Source: a virus
Virus record (IMG/VR): IMGVR_UViG_3300037222_000100
Location: 32,001 to 96,000 of that record
Length of the DNA stretch: 64,000 bases
Reading direction: 5' to 3' (one strand)
Shown here piece after piece: positions 26,296 to 37,167 of the stretch. Each line of letters begins with the position of its first letter. Position 1 is the first letter of the stretch. Made by a program: the position numbers and the translations under genes. The notes beneath the pieces were generated by a model that was not told the DNA's origin, searched no databases, and saw only the letters and a list, made by a program, of their open reading frames with translations.

Positions 26296-27043
26296 CGTCG
26301 AGGCACAAGAACTCGGCGTCTCTGACGACGAGCGAGCGAAGCGCCGGAACGTACTTGAGAAACGTTCCGGCGCTGATCTCAAGAAGAAGTGGGAGCAGAG
26401 CGACCGCGCTGCACTAGAGCGGCGTGAAAACGAAATCGCTCCCGAAACCATCACATCGCCACGGTGTAGCGTCTGCCAGAGCGAACACCGCGAATGGATC
26501 GAGATCGCCCTCATCAAAGGGCACTCGTACAAATCGATAGCCGACCGCGTACCCCCTGACGAGGACGGTAAAGGCATCGACCGGCGCTCGATAGCCAATC
26601 ACTATCAGCACCACATGGATGTGGAGCGCATGGTGATCCGAGGAGAGCTTGAGGCCGAGGCCAGGGCGCTGCAACAGAATGTCGAGGAGGGAGTGCAAGG
26701 TGCGCTCACCGACCGAGGCATGCTCAAAGTCCTGGCACGCAAAGCATTCGATGATGTTATCAAGGGCGTCACGACGGTTGAACCCAAGGACCTCATTCAG
26801 ATCATCAAGCTCCTCCACGATCTCAATGAGAACACGGCCAACGTCAAGGCCGAGGAGAACGAGATCGCGCTGCGTACATTCGTGCGCTCTGTACAGGTCG
26901 TGTGCGACCAACACACCATCCAGAAGATCGTCCTCGAAGCCGAACGCATACGCAAACAAGACGACGTACAGTACGCCATGGAGGGTATCCTGGAGAAGCC
27001 TCTGCCCGAGCTAATCGAGGGGACGGTTGTCGATGGAGACTGA
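26288..27043 (+). CDS. Zn/HTH DNA-binding protein (possible small terminase-like)
   Basis: CSVC...G.SY..IA...SI.NH...H; function uncertain. Confidence 0.55.
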   Translation: MDNVEAQELGVSDDERAKRRNVLEKRSGADLKKKWEQSDRAALERRENEIAPETITSPRCSVCQSEHREWIEIALIKGHSYKSIADRVPPDEDGKGIDRRSIANHYQHHMDVERMVIRGELEAEARALQQNVEEGVQGALTDRGMLKVLARKAFDDVIKGVTTVEPKDLIQIIKLLHDLNENTANVKAEENEIALRTFVRSVQVVCDQHTIQKIVLEAERIRKQDDVQYAMEGILEKPLPELIEGTVVDGD

Positions 27044-27245
27044 ATTCAACAAGTGCGAGCACTGCGGAACGTGGCACGAGATCAAAACGACCACGTTCGG
27101 CGGCGTACCGGTCAAGACATGCCCATATATCCCCAGTAGCATAACGGGGTACTGGTATACTGGGCTAAGGGACCCCGATGAAGAGAACCCGATATCAGCT
27201 TCTTACAACCCCACTCTTGGACAAGATCGAGAGCTTGTCTCGTGA
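27033..27245 (+). CDS. small hypothetical protein
   Basis: CEHC..H..CP; overlaps both neighbours. Confidence 0.4.
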   Translation: METEFNKCEHCGTWHEIKTTTFGGVPVKTCPYIPSSITGYWYTGLRDPDEENPISASYNPTLGQDRELVS

Positions 27246-29133
27246 CGAGCAAGCTCAGTATCTCTTCCTGAGCACGAGCGACGAGTTCAAAGGTCGCTGG
27301 CAGGTCACGGCGCTCTGGCCCGACTTCTTCTTCGATTTCGAGGACATCATCGGGCACTATCGCACGGTGTCTCCAGCCAAGCTGGACGAATTCCTGTCGT
27401 TCGCAGATGAGACGGGTTACGTCATCGTCTTCGAGGACCCACCCGAGGCTATCTTGGAAGCATACGAGAGTCTGAAAGACCCTCCACCATTCTCTCTCAA
27501 TTCCTCCCTTGAGAACACAGTCAACGGGATGTTTTCGTGGCAGACGGAAGGGTTCAACAAGCTCATACGTGACGAAGACCTTCAGGCGGGACTTGTGGTC
27601 TGGGATACGGGTACCGGGAAGACGGCATTCATCGCAGCGGCCTTGAAGTGGCATGAGGAATGGGGACACCCATATGACCTCGCTCTCATCGTCGTAAAGA
27701 AGAACAACAAGATCGACATGCAACGTAAGATCAAGGCGCTTGCCGGGTTCGAGTCGTTCGTGGTCGAGGGTCCGCCCAAAAAGCGTGACCCCGTGTATGC
27801 GGCTATCTCTGATGCTCTCGCGGAGAAACGATCACCGATCATGATCACCAACTACGAGAAATTCCGAGACGATGACGAGATGTTCAAGTGGCTCATGGGA
27901 GGGCGTGACTGTCTCGTCTTCTGGGATGAGATGCCGACACGCCTGAGTGAACGCACAACGAAAGTCTACGAGGCCGTGCAGAAGTGTCTCTGGAAGGTCT
28001 TCCAACCCAAGAGAGGGCGACCCACAGCACGACCCAAATGGATGCGTCAGTGGGAGCTAACCGCCACTCCCATCGAGAACTCTCCTGCGGGGGTCTTCAA
28101 CTGCATTCGGCTCATGGTGCCGTGGCTACTGGGTACGGTCACTAAGTTCGAGAAGGAGTATGTGGCAGGGCGCAATGAAATTTCGAGGAAGCCCGAGCAC
28201 TGGCGACACCTAGATCGTCTGGAGGGACAGATCGAGCACATGACCCATCGCGTGAGTCGGGATGACCCCGAGGTAGCAAAGCTATTTCCTGAGGTCATGG
28301 AAGACCCGCTGATCATCGACTGGGATATGCGCGACCGTGCGGTCTACGACATGCTTGCTAGCAACGCAGTGAAAATACTCGAAGAGGAATCTGAGTCGGA
28401 CGAATTCAATGTGCTCGCGATGATCCAGGTCATGCAGATGCTCTGCGATGCGCCCTCTATGATCGGTCAGTCGGCCGAGCATCGCAAAGAGTTCCTTCAG
28501 ACCATCGCAGACCTTGGTGACGAGGACGATCTCCCCCGGCTGGATGGACCCAAAGGCTCCGAGATCGCATTGCGTCTTGTCGAATCGCTCAAACGAGCGC
28601 CAACTGACGACCACCACACTAAGTTCGACACCCTGCACGAAATCCTCACAGAGAAACATCCCAATGAGAAAGTGCTCGTGTACATGACGTGGGCAAGCTA
28701 CGGCTATGGTCCGTTGACGGCCAAGCTAGATGAGTGGGGCATCTCCTACGTCGCGTACACCGGGACTGACAAACAGCGACAGGAGGCAAAGGATGCCTTT
28801 CGCAGCGATCCGGATATCCGAGTCTTCCTCTCATCGGACAAGGGGAGCGACTCCATCGACCTACCTGAGGCTGCCGTTGGCGTCAACTACAACCTCCCTT
28901 GGACGTGGACCCGTAAGCGCCAGCGTCAAGGGCGCAACGACCGAGTGGATTCTAAGCTAGAGACAACCTGGTGGTACGATCTCATCATGGCCAACAGCGT
29001 CGAGGAGCGCAAGCGAGAAATCATCGAGATCAAGAAGGGCTACCACAAGGTTCTCTTTGACGGGCATGCAGTCGAGGACGCTATCTCCGCCAAGCTCACC
29101 CGCGAGGACCTGATGTTCATCCTTACGGGCTAG
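27178..29133 (+). CDS. SNF2-family helicase
   Basis: DTGTGKT, ITNYE, WDE, LTATPIEN, QRQGRNDR. Confidence 0.88.
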   Translation: MKRTRYQLLTTPLLDKIESLSRDEQAQYLFLSTSDEFKGRWQVTALWPDFFFDFEDIIGHYRTVSPAKLDEFLSFADETGYVIVFEDPPEAILEAYESLKDPPPFSLNSSLENTVNGMFSWQTEGFNKLIRDEDLQAGLVVWDTGTGKTAFIAAALKWHEEWGHPYDLALIVVKKNNKIDMQRKIKALAGFESFVVEGPPKKRDPVYAAISDALAEKRSPIMITNYEKFRDDDEMFKWLMGGRDCLVFWDEMPTRLSERTTKVYEAVQKCLWKVFQPKRGRPTARPKWMRQWELTATPIENSPAGVFNCIRLMVPWLLGTVTKFEKEYVAGRNEISRKPEHWRHLDRLEGQIEHMTHRVSRDDPEVAKLFPEVMEDPLIIDWDMRDRAVYDMLASNAVKILEEESESDEFNVLAMIQVMQMLCDAPSMIGQSAEHRKEFLQTIADLGDEDDLPRLDGPKGSEIALRLVESLKRAPTDDHHTKFDTLHEILTEKHPNEKVLVYMTWASYGYGPLTAKLDEWGISYVAYTGTDKQRQEAKDAFRSDPDIRVFLSSDKGSDSIDLPEAAVGVNYNLPWTWTRKRQRQGRNDRVDSKLETTWWYDLIMANSVEERKREIIEIKKGYHKVLFDGHAVEDAISAKLTREDLMFILTG

Positions 29134-29917
29134 CTACATCTGTCGTGGTGGCGGTGTCTTCCACTGTGCGCCGTCGATGTACCTGTCGTGTCGGTGCTGC
29201 ATCGACGGTTACGGCCCCCTCTCCTGTGCTTTCCCGGTGCAAGTGCGTCGTGCGTGTCGCCACGTCACTTGCCAAAGCCACATCGCCGGTCCTACGCTGT
29301 GCATGGGTCGTACCGCTTGCCGCATCATGCGTGAGGGCAGCATCATTGACATCGCGCACTCGTTTGCCTCCACGATGTATCCATTCGGGCGTTGCTGGAC
29401 CATCATCTGCTAGTGCGACATCGGACGTTTCTGCCACGCTTTTGACCGGCGGTTCTTCGGTGTTTTCTCCCCGGATCACATAGGGCGAGACGAATCCAAA
29501 TGCCTCATAAACGAGATTGACTGGGCGAGCAACCGACCAGCGCTGATTACGCGAGTCGATGACGGTGAGAGTAACTTCGATGTTCGGGTCTACGACCTCG
29601 AACGTATGTGTGACGGTCGGTCCAAAGCCTTCAGTGCCATCACCAAAGGTCCAGTGGTACTCCAGAATCGTGACTCCCGGAGGCGTGCGGACGTAAGGAC
29701 GTTTCGGATGCGCTGGATTGAACTCGGCTTCGAACACGACAGGGAGATGCACGGGCGTAGTGTTGAGCAGGTAACGCGTGTCACCTTCATATAGGGGTTC
29801 GTACGGGTAGGTGTCGCCGTCGTATGTAACGGAACCTGTCGGCCCATCCTGTTTGAAGAAGAAGTCGGCCTCAACATCGAGTGGCGGGAACGGAGGGTCG
29901 TTGATGATGGAGGCCAT
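29123..29917 (-). CDS. PKD-domain virion protein with C-terminal repeats
   Basis: WTFGDG..G.G..VTHTF..VTLTV.D; ~19-aa D.A...D.A repeats. Confidence 0.75.
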   Translation of the reverse strand: MASIINDPPFPPLDVEADFFFKQDGPTGSVTYDGDTYPYEPLYEGDTRYLLNTTPVHLPVVFEAEFNPAHPKRPYVRTPPGVTILEYHWTFGDGTEGFGPTVTHTFEVVDPNIEVTLTVIDSRNQRWSVARPVNLVYEAFGFVSPYVIRGENTEEPPVKSVAETSDVALADDGPATPEWIHRGGKRVRDVNDAALTHDAASGTTHAQRRTGDVALASDVATRTTHLHRESTGEGAVTVDAAPTRQVHRRRTVEDTATTTDVASP

Positions 29918-32397
29918 TAGACTACCACTATCGTTTCAGTGGACTCGCTGCGTAGACCATTGCGGTCGGTCACGACGAGAGTTGCGTGATAGGTACCTTC
30001 CTGCGTGTACCTGTGTTCAACGACCGTACTATCTCCTGCCTCGATGGCTCCATCTCCAAACAGCCACTCGCGTGAGATGATCGACGCAGTACCGTCTGTG
30101 GATTCATCAATGAATTCGAAGGTGCTAGGGTTCGTGCCATTGATGGTGAGTTTTGCGGTCGGCCCAATCTTGCCCGTGAGCTTTTCCTCAGGAAACACGA
30201 GACGCCCTAGCTGTGCGTATCGAGGGATGATCTTTGGACTTCTGATCGTGGCGTTCTGCCGCAGCGCTCGACCGCGTAGCTGTAGCTCTTTGCCACGCGG
30301 CGAGAGAAGAATACCCTTGCGATTGACGTTTACGATCTCCCGGAAGTCGGTCCAGGGAGCATAGTTGCTCTTCCATGGATCGTCCACGACTGATCGTGCG
30401 CTCCATTGCACGGCTCGCTCGAAGATCGAGACGCTATCGACCCACCAAGTAGAAGCCACTTTGGTCGGCTGGAGAATCTGAAGGGCATAGCGACCCGTCT
30501 GGAGGATCAGGTTATCCGGAATGCGCAAGATGACCTCCTGCCATTGATTCGTTTCGAGTTCGGGGATACCGAGCCTGTAGACAACGCCCTGGTCACTCAC
30601 GAGGTTAGCGATGATGTTGCTCTCCATGACCTCATCGATGCTCGTGTACCCTTTGCTTGGGAAGAACGGCGGAAACAGGTGCGGACTAGGCAGCGTCGGC
30701 GCATGTACGGTTTCGACTCTTTCGACCTGCCTCGGTTCGCCCGCGAACCAGAGGTTGAAACGAATCTCGAATTGCGAGAAGTCAACGACTTCGAAGAGGT
30801 TGGTTTCGAGCCCAACGTTGTTGGTTGTACCGTCTGTGTCTACACGGAAGCTTTCGCCACTGGTTGTACGAGCTTTGTCTCGCGTGAGTCGCAGCGCTTT
30901 GGATTCTGCGGGGTACTGCTTGAACCCTTGGTCCCAGAGTTCTTCGTTGCCCGTGAAGCTGGCAAAGAGTTGCGCGCCATCGACGGGTGTGCGGCTCTCC
31001 AGCGGGGCACTCTCGTATTCGGCGAAGCATACGCTCCGGGGCCTGATATTTTGGACATAGGCATCCGCATCCCCTAGGGTGGCCTGCCAACCGACGCGCC
31101 CCTTGCGCCTGCGGAAGATGCCGTCATCATCGATGACCGTTGAATCGAAGATGGGCTCCTGGATAACCGTTTTGTCGTTGTTGAGACGATAGATGCGAAG
31201 GCGTGCGGTTGACCCCGCTAGCGATGCAACCAATAGGTAGTTAGCGTTGCTATCGAGCGGTTCTGGGAGTTTCGGGAACACGTAGCCAGGACTTGTGGAG
31301 TTGGCCATGGTGATACTCGTTTTGACGGCATCCCATTTGAGCGTGAAGAAAACCCAACTCTGCTCGACGGGGTTTTCAACCGCGATACGCTCAAGGTCCT
31401 CCATCGTCTCTAGGTGATCAAACTGTTCCATGGGGCGTTTGTCGAATTCGCCCACTGTACGAGGGAGGAACTCGACAGTACCTAGATCGGGCTGAGGCTT
31501 ACCGTCGAGGTCAGACATAGTGATCCCAATGAGGTCTAGCTGGTTCTGGAAGATCATCGACTCCTCGCGGAAGAAGAGTGTGATGCTGTTGTCGTGCAGC
31601 GCTGACCCCGTATTGAAGGCAACCCCGAACTCCGTGTCGATTGGCGTCGGATCGTTGATCCCTGGCAATGGTGACGCTCGCCAGAGTGTGCTCTGGATGA
31701 AGAGAGGTCCGCTAGAGACGTTGCCATCGAGCGGCGTTGGTTTGCGGAGTCTACCGTTCCAGTTATCGAAGTCCACTGTGCTCACGACCCAACCCGGCTT
31801 GGCGGTCGGGGCAAGAACGAGCTTGAGGCCCATGATGATGAGTGAAGTGGGTTCATTGGCCACGACCCTGAAACGAACGCCGGTGATCTTCGACAGATCG
31901 ATTGCGTTCTGCTGGAATGCAGAACGCAAAACCCGGAATTTGCAACTGCCTTCGATGAGCGCATCGAGGCTAGCTTTGAAGGTAACCGATGCCGTGACAG
32001 AAGCGTTGGAACAATGACCTTCCGGATCGGAGGTAAGTTCGATGCGACTCTGGTTCGTTTCGATCCCCGCGAGCGGGAAGTCAGGCAACGAGAAGGTGAT
32101 GTAGTCGCTATCTGAGAAGTCCGTTTCCAGATCAAGAGGGTGGTCTGGCGTAGCTGACTCCAAGAACGTCAGTTCTTCTGTCGTGTCGAGTTTGAGCGCC
32201 GGATACTGGGCAACGGTTGGCTGGAACCCAAAGATGCCCTCGCTCCAGCGCTCATTCGAATCGGCCATGAAAGTACGAATGTCAACGTGCCTCTGGTAGG
32301 GGAAATGTTGGCGCGTTTCTTCGTCGTAAGCGTCATAGTTGATCCAGGCGTCCAGGTCGAACTCCTCGTGCAGCGGGATGTTAGAGCGTTCGGTCAT
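29917..32397 (-). CDS. minor tail/baseplate protein with C-terminal PKD domain
   Basis: WLFGDG...H.Y...GTY..TL.VTD; position in the tail module. Confidence 0.75.
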   Translation of the reverse strand: MTERSNIPLHEEFDLDAWINYDAYDEETRQHFPYQRHVDIRTFMADSNERWSEGIFGFQPTVAQYPALKLDTTEELTFLESATPDHPLDLETDFSDSDYITFSLPDFPLAGIETNQSRIELTSDPEGHCSNASVTASVTFKASLDALIEGSCKFRVLRSAFQQNAIDLSKITGVRFRVVANEPTSLIIMGLKLVLAPTAKPGWVVSTVDFDNWNGRLRKPTPLDGNVSSGPLFIQSTLWRASPLPGINDPTPIDTEFGVAFNTGSALHDNSITLFFREESMIFQNQLDLIGITMSDLDGKPQPDLGTVEFLPRTVGEFDKRPMEQFDHLETMEDLERIAVENPVEQSWVFFTLKWDAVKTSITMANSTSPGYVFPKLPEPLDSNANYLLVASLAGSTARLRIYRLNNDKTVIQEPIFDSTVIDDDGIFRRRKGRVGWQATLGDADAYVQNIRPRSVCFAEYESAPLESRTPVDGAQLFASFTGNEELWDQGFKQYPAESKALRLTRDKARTTSGESFRVDTDGTTNNVGLETNLFEVVDFSQFEIRFNLWFAGEPRQVERVETVHAPTLPSPHLFPPFFPSKGYTSIDEVMESNIIANLVSDQGVVYRLGIPELETNQWQEVILRIPDNLILQTGRYALQILQPTKVASTWWVDSVSIFERAVQWSARSVVDDPWKSNYAPWTDFREIVNVNRKGILLSPRGKELQLRGRALRQNATIRSPKIIPRYAQLGRLVFPEEKLTGKIGPTAKLTINGTNPSTFEFIDESTDGTASIISREWLFGDGAIEAGDSTVVEHRYTQEGTYHATLVVTDRNGLRSESTETIVVV

Positions 32398-34731
32398 TTA
32401 GTAGGTGAACCAATCCAGGTCTTCGACCACGAAGTCATTGCGGTCAGTATTTACATCGTCAGCACCCGTCTCGATGTAAAGCGATGTGTCACTTGCCTGC
32501 GTGTAGGTGTTGCGGATGAACGCTAGCTCGTTGAGGCCCGCGAAGTAAGCGCGGTTGTCTTCGAGGAGCGCACTCAGTTCCTTGTATTCGTGACGACAGG
32601 TAACCCAGAAGAACATGACTGGCATTGACTGATCCAGGATGATCGCCTGCCTGTCTAGTCCTGATACGGCGATGCTTGGGTTGCCTTCGAATGTGGGCGT
32701 GCCCTCGACAGGGTAGTTTTCCTGATTGTGAGCGTTGAAAGCAGCTTTCTGTCCAAGCAGCGTAAGCGGGTGTGCCCGTGCAGCGGGAGGCTGGAGGTAA
32801 GTGTTGATCGTGAGGTTGATCCTTTCCAGCGTTTCGGGGTCCACCTTATTGGCAGCGGGTCCGGCGATAGCGGGCGGCGGTTCAGGATGTTCTGGAGACA
32901 GCGGTCCTTGCTGGAGGCCCGCGAGGAGTGGTTTGTACGCGAGATTGAGTGCGTCGTATGCTACGCCTACGCGCTTGGCCACGAAGGCTGGCGTGCTGAT
33001 TTCTGCGAGGAATGGGGTAGCTACCCAGTCAGGGAAGAGCTTGTACTGTGTCGGCTTCTGATAGTCGCCCGGATCATAGGGTCGAGCTTGAAGTTGACTG
33101 AACTCGATCTTGACGAACTTGGCAACGATGGGTTCTGGTAGCACATACGTCGTCTTGACGGCAGTCATAAAGGACTGCGGGACGTGAATCCATAGCTTCT
33201 GCTCCCACTGTTCGTCCGTCATTTCTCCTTCTTCCTCGCTGCCGGTGAGGTCTGTCGTGTAATAGACATTGAAGGCCACGCCTGGCGTGATCGGATCGAG
33301 GAGTACTGAGTCGATGACAACGGTATCGTCTTCAACCTCTGGCTCACGAATTTCGACGGAGCCAGAGCGACCGCGCTGATTTTCCCACTTCGAGCTAGGG
33401 CTGTCGCCATCGATATAGCTCGCGGCGACGAGTCCGCTGTTGACCATGGCTCCGTCGAGATAGAACGTATGCGCTGGCGTTTCTACATCGTGCAGATCGG
33501 ACGGAAGAGGGATCACAACGCCCACAGAGGTCGTTCCTGAAGCCACAGGTGTGAGCGTGACCGAGAATCGCGTCCATTCGCTGGTGATTTCCACTCGTAC
33601 TTCTTCATAACCAACTTCGCCATCGCCGATGACGAGTGCCACTTTGAAACCAGGTCCTATGGTCCGCGCCCAGATCGAGAACGTAATCGGTTTGTTCATG
33701 CCAACCTGGATTTCGTCCTGGTAGGCTCCTTCGGGTTCGAAGTAGCGTTTGACCGGATGCTCGTGTGTATTCACTTCGAGGCAGTGCGTCCCGTGAGGCG
33801 TTTCGAGCGTGTTGATGACGTTGAGAGTGGCCAGAGAATCGTAGTCGGAGAACGCGAGGCGTGCGTGAAGTTTCTGACGGAATTCCCCCGCTTTGATTTC
33901 TTCGACAGTAAAGGGTTCGACGGGTGTGAGGTCAGCTAGCGGTGGTGTGACTGTCCAGAGAGCCGGGGGCTGACCTACGATGTCATACTCGAAGCTTGGG
34001 TTCGTGATGCGATTGATCGTGCCGTACACGGGAACCTCCGGGAACGGGCGTACATCGGAGTAGTGACTAGTGACTGCAAAGCTCGATGGCTGTGGCGCAG
34101 AGAGCCAGTAGCCCGTCTCGACGTTGCCCCCGACTGGAGCTTGTGCTGAGGTATGAACCGCAACAGAGCGGTAAGGGTCCCCCAGGAAGTCCGTGCCGCT
34201 GTCGGCGGTAAGGCCGAGGAGTCGGAAGCAGAACGAGCCGGAGGGGCTGAGAGGGGTCTTCCCGTCGCTCTGGAAGCCTTCTACGAACCCCGGCAGTGGG
34301 TTGGGGTGCGCATAGAAGACATCTTCGATTCCGGACGCCGCCTGAAAGCCGATTCGTAGCTGTGATACGTCTGTGGTCATGCTGGCGTCTACGGGAATCT
34401 CCTTGTCCAGGATGACATCCATCCAGACCTGGCCATCAGCCTGCGCCCCGACGACAGTGCCTTTGGCTAGCGAGGTCCAGCCAGACCCAAAGAAGTACTC
34501 ATCGATAGTCCAATTCAACGTGGCGATTTTCTCCTGGCCTGCCGCTATAGCCACGAGAAGTTGAAACCCAGAAAGGCTAGGAAAGCGCTGCTCGTCGCTG
34601 CGCGTACCGTGTCGATAATCTTCCGGAAGCCGGAAGGTTTGGTAGTGGAAGTCGGGACCAGCAGAGAGCGTCGCCGTCACGACGTTCTGATCGATCACCA
34701 CTCCACTGTATTCGGCGCAAACGTTCAGCAT
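32398..34731 (-). CDS. minor tail protein (carbohydrate-binding-like domain)
   Basis: NRITNPSFE...W.RFSVT...YIDG pattern; position in the tail module. Confidence 0.7.
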   Translation of the reverse strand: MLNVCAEYSGVVIDQNVVTATLSAGPDFHYQTFRLPEDYRHGTRSDEQRFPSLSGFQLLVAIAAGQEKIATLNWTIDEYFFGSGWTSLAKGTVVGAQADGQVWMDVILDKEIPVDASMTTDVSQLRIGFQAASGIEDVFYAHPNPLPGFVEGFQSDGKTPLSPSGSFCFRLLGLTADSGTDFLGDPYRSVAVHTSAQAPVGGNVETGYWLSAPQPSSFAVTSHYSDVRPFPEVPVYGTINRITNPSFEYDIVGQPPALWTVTPPLADLTPVEPFTVEEIKAGEFRQKLHARLAFSDYDSLATLNVINTLETPHGTHCLEVNTHEHPVKRYFEPEGAYQDEIQVGMNKPITFSIWARTIGPGFKVALVIGDGEVGYEEVRVEITSEWTRFSVTLTPVASGTTSVGVVIPLPSDLHDVETPAHTFYLDGAMVNSGLVAASYIDGDSPSSKWENQRGRSGSVEIREPEVEDDTVVIDSVLLDPITPGVAFNVYYTTDLTGSEEEGEMTDEQWEQKLWIHVPQSFMTAVKTTYVLPEPIVAKFVKIEFSQLQARPYDPGDYQKPTQYKLFPDWVATPFLAEISTPAFVAKRVGVAYDALNLAYKPLLAGLQQGPLSPEHPEPPPAIAGPAANKVDPETLERINLTINTYLQPPAARAHPLTLLGQKAAFNAHNQENYPVEGTPTFEGNPSIAVSGLDRQAIILDQSMPVMFFWVTCRHEYKELSALLEDNRAYFAGLNELAFIRNTYTQASDTSLYIETGADDVNTDRNDFVVEDLDWFTY

Positions 34732-34736
34732 CACAC

Positions 34737-34758
34737 ATTAGGGGGAAGAAGTGGTCTA
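34737..34758 (-). promoter_or_regulatory. putative late promoter TAGA-N14-TAAT
   Basis: TAGAccacttcttcccccTAATgtgtgATG. Confidence 0.6.
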
Positions 34759-36753
34759 CGGCGATACATTGCGACCGATGCGCAGGTTGCGTACCTCAAC
34801 GCTGTAAGGAGTAAAGCTTCCATCCGCTTCTAGGAACACGCCAGGGCGACGTATGAACTCGATTCGGATGAATCGTGTGAAGATCATGCTGCCGAGGGCG
34901 TTCTCGACGTTGAGAGACACGAGACTCCAGTTGTTCTCGTGGGTCGCATCGTAATGCAAGCTGAGCACTGATGAGGCTTCACGTTCGTTGACGTAGGTGA
35001 CGGGCACAAAGCGACGCGCTGGAGCGCCGTCGAGCAGATCGTAGCTGACCAAGATGTCGTGCGGCTTCTTCGTTGCTTCAAAGACGATGAAGTTGACGCC
35101 CTGTACCTTGCCCAGATCGATCTCTAGGAAGTCTTCCCCTTCTGGACGCTCTAGAGAAGACCAGAAAGGAGCCGTTTCGGATGGGGCTCCCGAGATGGTC
35201 GTAAGCGTTTGATAGTCCACTGGGTAGATACCATTGACGAGGGGTACCGCACCTGCCTGTGTGGTTAGCGGTTCTGGTGGATCGACAGGTCCGTCTACGG
35301 CCTTGAATTCCTCGGTGGTGGTGTTGAAGGTGGCGAGGAATGGGAAGAGCGCACGTTGCGCAGGAGAGTAGATGCCAATATGTTCGTCTTTGTAGTTGTC
35401 TTGAACCGTGGGCCACAAGACAGTCGCATAATCAGGGTCGGTCAACGCAGCCTCGGTGTATGCGACTGCTGTACTGATATTGTGGAAATTGACGTAATGA
35501 GACTGCTGTGCGTTGAGGGATACAGGACCCTCGTGCTCGATTCCGGGTTCGATCCAGTGCGTTGCATCAACCGGTGGCCATGGCAGACCGCGCCTACCTG
35601 TGACGTAGCGCAAGACCTCGATGAATTCGGAATCTGCGAAGGACGCGCTCGGTATCTGACGCTTGGTGATGCCCGGAGCTTTGCCGGGTGTTACGATGGC
35701 CGTCATCGGCTTGATGTTGTCGATAGCAGCCTGCGCGTAGTACCAGTCTTCGACCGGGATAATCGCTGTCTCGCCATCAGCAGAGACACCGACCTGTCCG
35801 ACTTCTACTTCAATCTCAACGAGATGTTCTTCGAAATCCGCAAGAGAGTTTTGCACAACAAGGATTTCCGGAATGGGCCTATCTGCCAGTTCGCCCGTGA
35901 AGCGGACGGTAATGGGGTTACCGGGAAGAGGTCCACCTTCGGTCACGACGTTGTGAGAGCCCACGACAGATAGGGCTTCGAGCGCTTCGCGAACTTCTAT
36001 GAAGTCGGCATTGAATTGAAGCAACCCGGTAATGGTCGTGTTCTGGGGACCACCTTCTCCGTTTGCCCCCATTGGGATAGCAAGCCGGAAGGTACCCTGG
36101 AGCGGATTACCTAGAATCGAGAGCGTCTGCTGTGAACTTTGTGGTCGCTCTTGACGCGGGAGAAGAATGACCTCCTCGGTCGATTTGGTCACCCCGATGA
36201 AATCGATCCCAAGTGGGTCATCAGAGTATTTGTCGTACAGCGCGCGGTAATTCTCTACCACTTCCACGGCATGATCGAGGCCGGACTTGGCCGCAAGCGT
36301 AAGGCCCAGAAGCGTGCCGCCAGCACGAATGGCCTTGAGATAGTTGATGGCGCGATTCTTGTAGGAAGCATCCGATTCCTGAATCTTCTCCCACTTAGCA
36401 TTCGAGAGAAGCCCCTCGGTATCGTCCTCGTACGTCTCGAAGGCAAGGCGAGCAAAGGAAAACGGTTCTGCATAGAGGGCGTCGAGTTCTGTCGTACGCA
36501 GACCATTAGCTTCGACGGCAAGTCGAGCTTCGAGGAAGTTCTTCTTGAGTCCACCCACTCCAGCGGGACCCAGTAGCGTGTACATGATCGCGACGAGGTT
36601 AGAATCAAGCGACTTGTTATAGAGCGATTCCGGGAAGGCATCAAGGTAGTTGATAGGGTGTTTGGGTCCACCCTGCGGCTCGATGAAGAACTGCTGGTTG
36701 ATGACACCCGTAATGTCAGGCGGTTCGACTGTGCTGTTGATCGGTTCTGCCAT
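34756..36753 (-). CDS. baseplate wedge protein
   Basis: Follows baseplate J; DASYKNR..YL.A...GGT..G motif. Confidence 0.7.
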   Translation of the reverse strand: MAEPINSTVEPPDITGVINQQFFIEPQGGPKHPINYLDAFPESLYNKSLDSNLVAIMYTLLGPAGVGGLKKNFLEARLAVEANGLRTTELDALYAEPFSFARLAFETYEDDTEGLLSNAKWEKIQESDASYKNRAINYLKAIRAGGTLLGLTLAAKSGLDHAVEVVENYRALYDKYSDDPLGIDFIGVTKSTEEVILLPRQERPQSSQQTLSILGNPLQGTFRLAIPMGANGEGGPQNTTITGLLQFNADFIEVREALEALSVVGSHNVVTEGGPLPGNPITVRFTGELADRPIPEILVVQNSLADFEEHLVEIEVEVGQVGVSADGETAIIPVEDWYYAQAAIDNIKPMTAIVTPGKAPGITKRQIPSASFADSEFIEVLRYVTGRRGLPWPPVDATHWIEPGIEHEGPVSLNAQQSHYVNFHNISTAVAYTEAALTDPDYATVLWPTVQDNYKDEHIGIYSPAQRALFPFLATFNTTTEEFKAVDGPVDPPEPLTTQAGAVPLVNGIYPVDYQTLTTISGAPSETAPFWSSLERPEGEDFLEIDLGKVQGVNFIVFEATKKPHDILVSYDLLDGAPARRFVPVTYVNEREASSVLSLHYDATHENNWSLVSLNVENALGSMIFTRFIRIEFIRRPGVFLEADGSFTPYSVEVRNLRIGRNVSP

Positions 36754-37163
36754 TACAACTCCACAGGTTCGACATGGTGCGACCCACATTCAGAGCATCG
36801 TATGACAATGCCAGGACCATGTTGCCCTTGACGCAGTTGAAGGTTCTCAATGCGATTATCGGCTTTGTCTTCGTTGATGTGATGCACCGTCTCTGATGCG
36901 AGGAGCGCTCTGCCAAGAGCGACTTCTATTACCAATCGATGCTCTCTCTTGAGGCCCTCTTCACAGCGTACTTTGATATACCCTTCGCCGTCCAGTTTGC
37001 GCCAATGACCCGGCTCAGGCCAGTACGGTCGATCATATCTCATCGGAAACTTCGCGCCATTGAGTACTTTGTAAATCTTGGACTTGTACGTGCCCAAGTC
37101 TCTCATGATTTGAGTGATGGTGTCGCCTCGTTGATAGGCGTCTAGGATGGCCTCATCGATCAT
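36753..37163 (-). CDS. HNH endonuclease
   Basis: EHRLV....GR.L...ETVHHINEDKADNRIENL. Confidence 0.9.
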   Translation of the reverse strand: MIDEAILDAYQRGDTITQIMRDLGTYKSKIYKVLNGAKFPMRYDRPYWPEPGHWRKLDGEGYIKVRCEEGLKREHRLVIEVALGRALLASETVHHINEDKADNRIENLQLRQGQHGPGIVIRCSECGSHHVEPVEL

Positions 37164-37167
37164 CGAT

